From positions 50,265 through 70,264 of the forward strand of contig QPGO01000291.1 in the NCBI GenBank assembly GCA_008632985.1: a DNA stretch of 20,000 nucleotides. The letters run 5' to 3'. Below, in pieces: positions 1 through 11,410 of this stretch; within the stretch, counting starts at the first letter, position 1; each line of letters begins with the position of its first letter. The position numbers were made by a program, and so were the translations under genes. A model generated the notes under the pieces. The model was given only the letters and a program-made list of their open reading frames with translations, had not been told where the DNA came from and did no database searches. Source of the stretch: Psammoneis japonica (lineage: Eukaryota).

Positions 1-699
1 ATCTCACACCCATCTTGTTTGCAGCTGGGAGCTGCAAAAAGCACAATGAGACTGCATTGTGTCATGCTGTGCCCAGCATGCCCAGCTGAGAAATGTTGCA
101 AAATGTCACACTGCCCTCTGCTCTTGAGAGAATTGTGGTTGTCTGTCTGTCCATCAGCAACAGCACTCCCTGCAGCTGGTCTTTCTTGTGCATTGGATGG
201 TGTCAAGTGCTGTCATGGTGGGATTGTTCTTTTTGACACACTCAGATTTGATCACAATTTTTCTACTTTGCAATCATGACAACAATGTTGGCCATTTTTG
301 AGGCTGTTTCTAAACCCGTTTTGTCTGCTTTGAGGCAAAACTGGCTGAGTTTGCTTGCCTTGTCAGAGCTGAGACATGTGGTGTGATTGAGTGGGTCAGA
401 AAGTTGTCCACCATTTGCAATGGCCAAACAATCTCAAGAGAATGCAAGTGCAATGTCAAGGGCATTGGGTGGCAGAAATCTGAACACTGAAATGTTTGTG
501 CAACATGGACTTGTGTTGTGGAGACCTCCAGTGCACGCACTTGCATGAGAACATTTGTTCTCTGTGCACAGACAGGTGCCAAGCAGTGCATGGGACCATG
601 TCCCAAGCAGCTGTTGTTCTTCAGACAAAACAGCTCAGGGTCCAATCAGCCCATGTTGCTGGTCAGTTTCCTGTCCTGTTGTTGCAACATCCCTTCTGT

Positions 700-2632
700 G
701 TGCCACTCATGCAACAAATTTTGCAACAATGATTTTTTTCTAACACATTTTTGACAAATTTCCATCCAACAGGGTCTTCATGCATTGAGAGCACACTGCA
801 TTGTACCCCAACAGAATGGGAAGAACAAAATGTGGTGCACTGATTGCCGTGCTTGTTGGCAACACAAAACCCTGCTTGTTGGTGACACTTGGAACAACCC
901 TGCAAACACATTGACCTCAGTTTTGAATTTTGAATCTTAAACACAGTTGAGCAAAATGAGTTGAAGATGATTCATTCATTGGCTTCTGGTGTGAGACAAG
1001 CACAAATGTCTGAGTCATGCAATGAAAGAGCCAAATCAAATGCTGTTCAACAGAGTGAAGTGTTGAACATGAATTGGAGCAGGTCTCTCTGACAAAGATG
1101 TTGGTGAGTTGAAAGCACAAGAGCTCAAGAGTGGCAGACATTAAAAGATCATGACAGAAGAGCAGAGGCAAGGAAATGGAACACAGGCCTCAAAACTGCA
1201 CAGCTCATTGCGGTGTGCAAACAACCTCAGCAGAGCCCTTGTCAAGACATTTGAGGGACAATCACTTGGACTCACATGGGCCAAGATTGAAAGGGGCGTG
1301 GTGTGCTCCTGACACACGTTCATTTCAAAGGTGAGTCAAATTGATCCTTGGGGCAACATTTGCTCAAATGTTTGCAGGCAGGGCAAGTTTGTGAAGTTCT
1401 GTCTGACAAGCCCTTGTTTGTGCAAGCTGGTCAGTCACTTGTTGATTTTGCAGATGATGGCCTGGGCTGATGGAGTGCTGAAATGCTTGGCAACTGATGA
1501 AGCAGGAGAGTTTGCTGGCAATGAAGCTGAGTTTGTCAAACATGCACAAAAAATGAAGATCCAACTGTGTGAAACAGAAGAAAGGAGAAAGAGTCAAAGT
1601 CACATGGCTGAGCAGAAAACCAGTTTCTTGGAAAAAAGGTTGAGACTCAGAATGGCCAAAAAGAAAGCAGCAAAATGTCTGTGGGATTTCAAACTTGTTT
1701 GCTGGGCAGCTGTTGTGCATGGCATGCAGAAAAGACCAATGAACTGGGTTTGAAGAAATCACTGGACAGATGCCTGAGATTGGCAAAGAACAACTGGATT
1801 GTGAATCTTGTGATTTCCTTTGGTGGTAAATTTGCCTTGACAAGCTGAGTGTTGCTGGTGATCTGAGGAGAAGGTCTGAGCATTGGCTTGGCACATTACG
1901 CAGGGTCTGTTGGCTCAGTTGTGCACAACTGGTTGACTGCTGAAAGTGGTCAGCTGGCATCCAAGACCTTGGTTGAACACATGGCATGTGAGGATTGCTT
2001 GAGGCAGTCTCAGTGATGACATCAAGAGAAGGGTTGATGGCCTCAATGGCAAACTTTAATCTTGGCTTGATGACATGAACAAGAACCCATTTGATCCAGT
2101 GGAAGATCACTTTGCTTTTGTGTTTGATGATGTTGTTCCAATGAAAAATCCAGAGCACCTTGCAAAACTGGAGTGACACATGCAGATCAGAAATGTGGCA
2201 ACATGTTGCCAGAAGAGAGACAAAAGACAAGCATTTGGGCACAGAACACAGAACTTGCTTTTGATGTGTGGAAAATGCTGAAAGGAAAGGGATTGCAACC
2301 ACATGTTCTTGTAGAATTGATGGGCAACCAGTTGGTCACATGCACACTTGAGCCCCATTTTTGACACCTGAGAGCACAAAGTCACCCACACAAATGGGTT
2401 GACAGATGAGTGTGCTGCAGGTGCAATTGCTGAAACCTCTTTGAGCAGGTTGACAGTGTTGGGCATCATTGCTCAATTTTGAACAAGATGCAAAATCATT
2501 GCAAGAGTCAGTCAGTGATGCTTGTCTCAGCAGTGGAAAGATGGCTCAACAGAATGAACTGAAGTCAAGGATTTGAAAGCATCTGACCTGACTGAAGTGG
2601 CTGAGCATGCAGCTGCAAATTGGATTGCTGAA
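700..2632 (+). mobile_element. Degenerate Ty1/copia retrotransposon fragment A (pre-integrase region, integrase core and post-integrase linker)
   Basis: Frameshifted motifs typical of diatom copia pol: ARKWNTGLKTA, PRLKGAWC, GNICSNVCRQGKF, LATDEAGEFAG...ETEERRKSQSHMAEQ...LWDFKLV, TGFEEITGQMPEI, WLTAESGQLASKTLVEH, QWKDGS...DLKASDLTEVAEHAAANWIAE. Similarity ends abruptly at about 2632. The left boundary is approximate. Confidence 0.85.
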
Positions 2633-2633
2633 A

Positions 2634-2877
2634 TGAACAAATTGCAATGCAGTCAGCAACAATGCTGCACCAACAGACAACAAGGATGGGTGAGACTGCA
2701 ACATCAACAACCTCTTGCATCTCAGAAGATTGCAAGCCTTTCATGCAAAGAAGCCTGCCTGCACACACCAATTGGAGCACTCACACCAAGGTTAGACTGC
2801 TGCATCAAGCTTGGCTTGGTCCCCATGAAACAGCTGTGCTGTCGCTAATTTGAGCACTTGCAACAACCTCTCTCTTT
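2634..2877 (-). repeat. Putative polypurine tract and 3' LTR of copia fragment B
   Basis: On the minus strand, downstream of the RNase H stop, AAAGAGAGAGG (2877-2867) is followed by TGTTG at 2865. The sequence runs to a CA near the junction with fragment A. There is no second LTR copy in the window to confirm it. Confidence 0.45.
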
Positions 2878-2987
2878 GGGAGAGGCAAAACACTGAACCC
2901 AGAAGTTGTGGCCACTGGCTGCCTGCACTGGCCTGGGAGGCCAGCCAACATGCATGAGCTGCAGGCATGCGGCCTTGGCTGTTGGGG

Positions 2988-4350
2988 TCACAACAAAACA
3001 TTTGCACACAAGTTCCAGTGCCATCTCCCAAAACAGCCAATGACCTTTGCAAGCAAGTCCGCCAAGTTTGCACCCACATGTCTTGTTTGGCCATTCAAAC
3101 AATTCCAGCCACAACTGCTCCCCTGGTCACATGACAATTGACCATGTTGTCATGCTTCTTGTGCAATGCTGACTCTGGCACACTGAGATTCTTCACAACA
3201 CCATGGTTGTCACAAAACACATTTGCCAGTCCTCAAATCAGAGCTTCCCCCAAGCATCTGCAAATTGCACACAAGACCAACAACAATGTCCCCAAACAAC
3301 TCACTCCCAAACATTGTCAACTCAACCCCATTCTGCCTGTCACCAAACCACATTGTCAGGGCATTTTTCACAAAGACAATGACGCCCAACCAAGTGCAAC
3401 CTGTCAACAACAAGAACATTCCCAGCATGATTTGTGTCAACAAAGGCATGAACAGTCACCAGATTTGCAGAATTGAAAATTGATTTGTCACAAGCTGGGT
3501 CCTTTGGATTGCAACCAAGCAGTTTTTCAATGTGTGCCCCCAAGTGTTCATTGCTTGGTTTTGCCCAACGCTGAGACAAGACAGAGACTTGTGAAAAAAA
3601 TCAATGCACCCCAACTCTGTTGCTGATCTGCAGATGCCAGTCAGCTGCAAATGCTGAGACAACAAATCCAGCCATGGCCCAGGCTTGTCAGACACACCCA
3701 GCTCTAACTCACATGCTTGGATGACAACACTCCTTTGATGTTGTTCTTGAACACTTCGTCATTGTCATCCTCTCCCAACAACCTTTCTGCCATTTTGAAA
3801 GCATTCTTGTTGACATGCAGCCTCAGAGAACTGGCCCAAATCATCCTGCCATCCTTGGTTTGTGTGTTTTCCATGTCAGCTTCCAGACACATGGCCAGCT
3901 CACCCTTGCTCCCTTGACAACAACCTTGTCCTGATGAGATGTGATCATCACGTTGAACATGCAAAACATGCAAATGGCACTTGTGCACATTGCTGCATGT
4001 TGTTGCTTGAGTGCCCATTTTGGGGTCAGCCCCAAACAGTTGGCTCAAAACACAAATCACAAAGAAGTGCAGCAAGTGCCAACCACTGCAACAATCCAGC
4101 ACTTTTGAGATCATGCAACACCCTTGCCACAACAAGTGCATGCCCTGTGCTTCACCACACTCCTGTCTGCCTTTGCACCAGATCTTTCCCTCACACAGTG
4201 CATTCAGACACACATTCTCCAAGTCAATGGTTGTGACATCTGCATGTTCAGAGTTGGCACCAATGCAAGCCAAGTGTCATGATGTCTTTCTTGATGCCAT
4301 GCTTGAGCAAGCAATGGATGCTGGTGCTTCAGCTGTGTTTCCACCCACCT
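2988..4350 (-). mobile_element. Degenerate Ty1/copia fragment B (reverse transcriptase and RNase H)
   Basis: RT motifs: GGNTAEAPASIACSSMASR and DLENVCLNALCEGKIWCKGRQECGE. RNase H motifs: VTVHAFVDTNHAGN, GVIVFVKNALTMWFGDRQNGVELTMFGSE, CDNQGVVKNLSVPESALHKKH, NLADLLAKVI. Many stops and frameshifts. Confidence 0.9.
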
Positions 4351-5349
4351 GCCACACTGCAGAGCAAGCAACAAATGTCAAAACCAATTGTTTTGACTGC
4401 AGACACCAGCACAAATTCTGTGAGAGCAAGCAAAAAATCTTCAAAGATGGAGACATTGAGAGTCTTGAACTCTGCAAAAGTGCATCAAGTTTAAAAGTCA
4501 GTTTTTGGCAATGGCACATTTTTGACACAGCAAGCCCCTTGCAGAGATCCAATTGTCAGGTTTTCAACATCACCAAACAAACCACATGTTTTTGCTTGTC
4601 TGCATGTGTTCAACTTTGCAGCCACCAACTCATTTTTGGCACTGCAGAGAAGTTGCTTTGTTGTGGAAAAGACAAAAAACAATGATGTACAGCACATTGT
4701 TTGACTCATTTAAACCCTTGTTGGAGATGGATTAATGATCTGCCTGTTGGTGACACCATTGCATTGCCTTTCATTCCGGTGGTCTAGTGCACTGCAGCCA
4801 CCGTGAACATTTTGTCTTTTGACATTGTGTTGCCCCCAAAGTCTTGCACATGTCAACATCAATGGCACAAATGGTGGCACAGGCAAGACATGTCAGACAG
4901 CAACCACTGCATTTCATGGAGCTCTCCACTGCCTTGCAAGCATTGTAAAGACAAGCCCATTTGTTGCCATTGCAGTGTGCAGCTGCTGTGCTGCATGGCT
5001 GTGTGAAAGAAACAACACTGAACAATCATGACAGGTTGAGGTGCATCATTTTTTGATTGATCAGCAACCTTCTTACATCGAAGAATCAAGGCACCATCTA
5101 AATTTTGTGACACGAGTTTTAGAAGCAGCTTGCAGTGCAACTGCTTTGTTTGTTGGAAATCATCTTTTGAGGTCGTGACACTTGTTTTGTTGCACAGCCA
5201 CACAAGAGACATCATGATGTCACATGAGCTTCAGCAACCCAAACAAGCAGTCTTTTCACTTCAAAAGGCTTGGCACTGTGCTTGACAGAAATTTGACCTT
5301 GTGGCTTTGTTGGCAATGATTGCATGTTTTGCCCATCAACTGCCATTTG

Positions 5350-5555
5350 AATGCTGCTGATGCCATTGTTCTTCTTTACAGATTGCTGGCATCAGGACAA
5401 TCTGATGACATCTGGGACAGCAGATGGCAATTGTGTGCCAGAGAAGAAAGAAAGTGAGCAAAGGAGAGATCAGCAGATCTCTCCACTCTGTCCATGCCAG
5501 TCTGTCTGACACAAGGGAGTGTGCTCCCTGTCTTGGATGTCTGTCACCCTCCCCT
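5350..5555 (-). repeat. Putative polypurine tract and 3' LTR of copia fragment C
   Basis: On the minus strand, AGGGGAGGG (5555-5547) is immediately followed by TG at 5546, about 140 nt after the RNase H end and a T-rich 3' UTR. The distal LTR end is uncertain. Confidence 0.6.
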
Positions 5556-5687
5556 GATGAGCAGTGCAAGGCTCGCCAATGAAAAAGAAAGAGAACATCA
5601 AAAAAAAAAGAGAGAACCAGAACAGCAGAACAAAAAACAGGACCAAGAAAAAAATGCCCAAGACTTGATCCACAAACACCACAACAA

Positions 5688-6460
5688 TCAACAGCGATGT
5701 CCCGCCATCAAGTGGTGAGCATGGTGGGAATGGAGCATCCAACCCACAGCCTTGGTCAGCACTTCAGCAGGGTCAATGACACCCAGAACATGTGGAGTGA
5801 CAATTTCACCTGCCTCCTGCCAGCAGTCTTGGACAGCAAAATGTTGAATGTCAATGTGGCGGGAATGCTTCGTGGGCACCTTGTCATTGACCATCTGGAC
5901 AGCAGAGGAGTTGTCAATGTGCAAGGGAGTGGAGTCACATTGGAGAAATCCCAGCTCTTCAAGTGCCATCTGGAGGTGCAATGTCTGCTTCACAGCAGTG
6001 GCACTGGCCAAGAATTTGGCTTCTGCAGAGCTGGCAGCTGCAATTGTCTGGGTCCAGCATTGACAGCCAATTGCAGCACCAGCAAATGAGAGCATGCATG
6101 TGTCCAGTGGCAGAATGGCACTGCCAAAGTTCACTGGCATGTGCTGCATCAATGAAGCCAAGGAGCTGGAAACAATCTTTGGCATGGGGGAATTCAGGCA
6201 AAGAAGGATCAGGTTTCAGCTGTTCAAAGGACCAAGGAGGGAGACCTGGATCATGTGCAGTCTTCTCATGCATCAACCCCCAATGTTTGGTGCGTGCAAA
6301 CACTTTGCCATTTGCTTGAGAGAAGTGCAGTGAATCTCATTGGAGTTCTTGGAGAACTTCAACAAGGTCACAATGGGACAACCAACATCCAATCAACAAC
6401 AAGTGTGCACAAAAAAAATAAATTCACCCAGAACAGGCCCATGGGAGAAACCCTGGGAAG
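5688..6460 (-). mobile_element. Degenerate Ty1/copia fragment C (RT C-terminus and RNase H)
   Basis: Motifs GFSHGPVLGEL, DVGCPIVTLLKFS, RTKHWG, LLGFIDAAHASELWQCHSATGH, TQTIAAASSAEAKFLA, HIDNSSAVQMVN, SRHIDIQHFAVQD and VLTKAVGWMLH match Ty1/copia RNase H. Confidence 0.92.
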
Positions 6461-9400
6461 CCACTCACAAACATTCCTTCCAGCAATGCCATTGGACTGG
6501 CTGGCTCATCTTTGTCCAGCCATTCTCTGGTCAGTTTCCCATTGCAGACCATGCGTCCCTTGATCTGACTGTCTCATTTTTCCATTGAGGAACATTGAGG
6601 CACACATGGCATTGGTCCTCTCACTTGGAGTTGTGTCTTTGACAGATTTTGGTGCAAAGCACACTCTGTCATGGAGTTGTTTCATCTCCTTCTTGAAGGC
6701 ATCATGCCCCTCCTGTCTGAATGCTTTCAGGCTTTTGTGCAGTGGGCACTGTTGGGCAAACAAAATGCCCTTTCTGGAAGAATGGAATCTGTCATTCTTT
6801 TTCAGACATAAACTGTGCCAGTGCCATTGCCAATTTAGAATTGTGCTCAATGTCTTGTTCTGGGGTTTGGACTTGCATTTGTTTGCAAGTGATGGCAGTG
6901 CTCAAGTTTGACAACATTTTCCTGCTCTTCTTTGGCACTGGTTGCTCCTGTGAACCTTGCTGTCTTCTCATGTTTCTTGTGCCTTTGTGCAAAAGACTTC
7001 CCAGACCTTGCAGTCCTGCCAGTTGCATCATTGGCTTCTTCTTCTTCTGTTCTTTCTTCAGGTCCCATGCTGTTTTTGTGGGATTTGTCATCATCTTGTG
7101 TGTCATCAGCATTTTTGCAGCCATCTTCTTTGTGATGGTTAAGATTCTCATCATCAGACTCTGTTTCTTTGTCATGCTGGTCAGGATTCTCATCTTTGAA
7201 CTCTGTTTCTTTGTCATGCTGGTCAGGACTGGACTTTTTGCCAGCTGGGATGTCATTGGCTTCTTTGCATTCTTTGTCTGAGTCCACTTCATTGCAGTCT
7301 ACATCATTGTTGTCTTTGCTTTCTTTGTCATTGCATTTGTTGTCTCTGTCATTGTTGTGGTCTTGTTCCACTCCTGCAGTCCAACCAGCATCCAAAAAAT
7401 TGTCTCTTCATTTTCCTGTGAATTTAAAATCTTTAACACCCTGGGCCAATGCCATTTTCAATGGCTCTGACATGGGTGTTGGTGAGGGGTGCAGAGGTGC
7501 ACTTGTGGGGGCAAAGAAGTTTCCCAGTGTGCAAGTTCCTCCCTTTGGATGGTCAAAATGTGGGTGCTGCAGATGCATGCTGTCAAGGCCCCACATTTCC
7601 ATTGTGTTTGTGGGATTGTTCTCAACATGAGACAAAAAAATTCCCCAAATCAAAGCTCAAAATGTTCAGCACAGTCAAGAACCCGGCACTCCACAATGGT
7701 GGACTGCAGGTGTCCAAGATGCCTTCCTTCTCTGCAGGCACATGTTTGCCATGATGGTGCCCTTGACAACTGCATGCTCACACACAAGCCTGGGCACAGC
7801 CTTGAAATGCAGGTGATGTGAGGTGGCCCAAGTTCTCTCCTTGATGGTTTCAATGCTGTGCTCAACCTCTGGTGCATGATCACTGGTGTTCATGGGCATG
7901 AGTTCAAGGTTCATCCCATCAGCCACTTCAGCAAGCATGGCCTTGAATTTGGGGTTGCATTCAATGAAGTTGATCTTGAACAAGGCTTTGTCACATTGAC
8001 ACATCACCATGTCCAATGACTCACACACATCTGTGTGTCGCTTGGATTTAAGCTTCATGCTTGAATGATGCTTGATCGTCTTGTCAACAGCGCATGGCAG
8101 TTGAATGCTGCACACCTCACTCAATGATGTTGATGCACAGGGTCACACCTTCCCTCTGTTTTTCACAGATCTCAGGTGGTGTCGCAATTGTGTCACACTC
8201 ACATGAGGTCAGTGTGTGCATTTGGTCTTGCCTCTCAGAAAATTGACAGGTGGTCCCCAGATGTCCACTGTTCTGTCCATGTCCTGCAGCAGGTTGGACA
8301 AGTTCTTCACCAGATTAGATTGCAGGAATCACTTGAAATCCCTGACACTGGGTGTTTCAGTCTTGTGATGCAGGCCCATGGTGTCATGTTTCACAGTCAG
8401 GACAACAGCTCCTGATGCACTCTTGTGCTTCTTGTTTGTTTTCATGGCGTGCTTCTTGGCTGTCATGCTGACTTGTGACTCTGCTCTTTGTGCAGGTCCT
8501 TGACATGATCAAAGAACTTCTGGCTTGGTGCAAATGTGTGCAGCCCAATGTCATTTGCTTTGAATGCTGCAACTTGGTTGCCAGTCTTCTTGTCCAGCAG
8601 CCAGAACTCATCTGCCACCACTTGATTGTTGTGCATCATGTGGCACTTGGCCTTGAGACCACATCCTGCAAGCTCAGGATGTTTGCCATTGTGTGCTTCA
8701 ATCCCAACTTCATGTCACCCCATCCTGGCATGGTGCAATCCTTGTCTGGGGTGTCCACTCCTGCATTTGTGGACAGGTCAGGTCTGGCTCATGCTCATCT
8801 CTGGTTGCTCCTTGACCAGTTACAACCCATGCCATGCAGCTCCCCTGCTCCAGCTCAAAACAGTTTAATCTTGTTGATCTGGTGGTGTTGACACTCACAT
8901 TGCTGTCCACCAAAGAGAGGTCTGCATCACCTCTCTCATTTGCACATGGCTCTGTCCCATTGTGCCCACTTTCTTTCTGGTCGCTCTTCTTGAACCAGTC
9001 TTTTGCTGCCACCTTGTCCTTGTGTTTGCACCCCCCAGGAATTTGTGGTCTTCTTTGCCACAACAGTGGCATGTTGTCTTCTTGCCTTGTTGTGTGCCAC
9101 CCATCTGGGTGTGGGTCTAGTTCCTGGTTGCATTGCCATTCTTGTCCTTCCCATTGCAATTGTCTTGATGGTCAGAATTCTTCCTTCTCAGTTTGTCATC
9201 CCACTCATGATTCAGCAGGGCATCCATTGCTCTGTTCAGGTTTTTTGGGTGAGTGTTGTTTCCCAGAATGCAGTTCCTCACAAAACTTTTCTTTGGCAAC
9301 TTACAGCAATGGTCATCCCTGTTCTCAATGAACAGATGAGCAGACCAGGCCTCAAATGCCAGCTTCTTCAGCTCTTCTTGTTTGTGATTGGGACTTTCCT

Positions 9401-10168
9401 TGTGCTCCTTGGTGTTCTCAATGAACCCATTTAGCATCTCACTGCCCAGACCATCTCTGGGCTGGTGGAGTCTCGCTGGTTCTTGAATCTTGACAGGTGA
9501 CAACAACAGACTCATTTTCTTGTTGTTTCACTTGCAGCACATTCTTGAGCAACTTTGTCAGCATGTGGAACAGACAACGACCCCTGGCAGTGTTGAATGT
9601 CAGGGAATGCATTGGTTTCAACAATTTGATTGGGTCATCCCTGATCTTTTTGCAGCTTGGATCACCCAGAACCCTGGTCCTCACATGGTTTGCACAGCAG
9701 CAGTCATCCAGGATTAAGGTGAATGCCTTTGATTTGTTCTCCTTGAAGTGCTTCAGTTTTGTGCAAAAATTCTTGCACATGGATTGGCACTTGCATTCCA
9801 ACTGCTTGTTGTTGTGCTCCTTCTGTCTCACATCATCATCACATGCACTTGAGTCTTTCTTGAGTTCAATTGCCAACTGTTTGAGTTTTGGCTTTTTTCT
9901 TCTTGAAGTCAAGGTGCTTCACATCCTCCAAGGACCTTGCTGTGCATTTGCCCTGCTTGAAATCCTTCTCTGTGTGTCTGCAGAGCTTCCTCTTGATGTC
10001 TTCATTTGTTGCACTGTGTGTGTTGCTGTTCAGGGTTGAAGGGTGGAACTTCATCTTGGGTTGAAAGGACTTCTTTTTCTTGGTGTGGCTTTCATTACCT
10101 CTGCCACCACCATGACCCTTGTGTTGGTCACGGCCTCTTCCATGCCTTCCAGGTCCTCTGCCACACAT
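6461..10168 (-). mobile_element. Degenerate Ty1/copia fragment D (gag, zinc knuckle, protease region, integrase, acidic linker, start of RT)
   Basis: The domain order fits copia. Gly/Arg-rich gag start (ATG about 10168); gag KIRDDPIKLLK and AFEAWSAHLFIEN...GNNTHPK; knuckle CHCCGKEDH (about 9075-9045); STNAG...MANILSL; WGPPVNFLRGKT; integrase DHAPEVEHSIETIKER; RT start KKEMKQLHDRVCF...IKGRMVCNGK...ASP. Truncated at about 6460. Confidence 0.92.
7110..7228 (-). repeat. 42-bp tandem repeat (2-3 units) in the acidic integrase-RT linker
   Basis: gattctcatc at 7143 and 7185, and ctctgtttctttgtcatgctggtcagga twice. Encodes PDQHDKETEFKDEN-PDQHDKETESDDEN. Confidence 0.9.
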
Positions 10169-10899
10169 GGTGCAGAAATCAATGATCATGTGGTCTTCTG
10201 ATGAGATGGCAAGCACTCAGCATGTGCAAATGTGACTCTTTGGAGTGAGTGTTGAACCAATGAGTCAATGTCACCAAAAGGGAATCCTGCGAGGCTTCCT
10301 GCGCCACTCGTTGCACTTTCCCTGGTCTCTGTGTTTGCCATGGTTTGCCTCACATCTAATGCAGAATGTGTGCCAATGGATTGTTGGATGTCAACAGACA
10401 CCACTTGTTGCTCTCAACAGTTTGGATGACAATCCAATGACAATCCAAATGATTCACTCCAAAGAGTGAGCATAAAAAGTTGGTGAGATTGAGATTGATG
10501 ACAGAGAAAATCCTCCAAAGAACAGTCATCAGCCCACCACATCAGGATTCAAAAGATGCAACTTCATTTCCAGGTCACTCTGTGCCCTCAAGCTAGATGC
10601 TCTGACATCAAGTGCCCTGACAAGTTCCTTCAAATCAATCAAAACAGTGGGTGCAGGTCAAGCACTGGATGCATGCTTTGGAAAATGTGGTGCACCAGAG
10701 AATTCACTCCAATTGCAAAAGGGATGTTTCATTTGTGGATCAAAGTGTGTGGGCAATTAACTCCAATCACAATCACCACCTTTGTGCAGTGTGGTTGAAG
10801 AGCAAGTTGAATTTTGCAATCCAACATTTGACAAGGCAAATGAGGACACAAATCATCAATGTCTGCCAAAGCTCATGCCTTGAGCACAGAGCTTTCTTG

Positions 10900-11410
10900 T
10901 CAAGTGATGCAACTGTGGAACATTGGAAGGGTCAACAGCAGTTGCCAGCAGAACAAGCTTGTTGACAAGAGAATGTGACTCTGGAACAATGCACAAACAT
11001 CATCCTTGGATTGAGCATGTTTTGGGTCATCAAAGAACTGATCCAGATCAAATGTTGCATGGCCACAAGTGTCGTTGTGTTGGTGAACAGTGCATCATTG
11101 AAACACAAGCTGCATCTTGGCAAGGGCATCAAAGATGCTCTTTGCTGTCTTGGGGTTCACCACAGTTGAAGTGCTCAATGTTTTTGGTCATGAACACACG
11201 GAAGTGTGGCACACTTCAGTGGGAAATTGTGCACAAATGACAACACTTTCAGGATAAAAAAATGCAATGGACTTGCTCAGCTCACAAAACCCAAGTGAAT
11301 CAAGGGAGGAGTTGAGGCACAGCAGATGCGTGTGCTGCAACAAGGCCACAACCTGATGGAATGGCAACAGCAAGAGTGTCAAGTGCAGGGAACCTCTCTG
11401 CAAACCAGTG
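10900..11410 (+). mobile_element. Possible degenerate DNA-transposase C-terminus (piggyBac-like)
   Basis: Across frames: DQML, KMLFAVLGFTTVEVLNVF, then RCVCCNKATT*W...KCREPLC, which resembles a terminal Cys-rich domain. The evidence is weak because Cys is inflated by the local composition. Confidence 0.25.

Noticed and set aside
1..600. Minus-strand RNase H end (LEIVWPLQMVDNFLT) with a PPT/LTR near 170
   Set aside because: The similarity is too short and the flanking motifs do not follow, so the region is left unassigned.
1364..2302. 312-aa minus-strand ORF and other long ORFs in the repeat domain (4011-4685, 6721-7281, 9497-10039) as real genes
   Set aside because: They are wholly or largely antisense to copia remnants and are open mainly because TAA/TAG codons are missing.
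4771..5025. MYND-like zinc finger (CLYNAC...MKCSGCCLTC)
   Set aside because: The downstream YC..CQ..W..H..C pattern is not recognisable, and Cys is inflated by the TG excess.
7110..7228. CRISPR-like array
   Set aside because: There are only 2-3 adjacent in-frame units in a eukaryotic TE linker, without unique spacers or cas genes.
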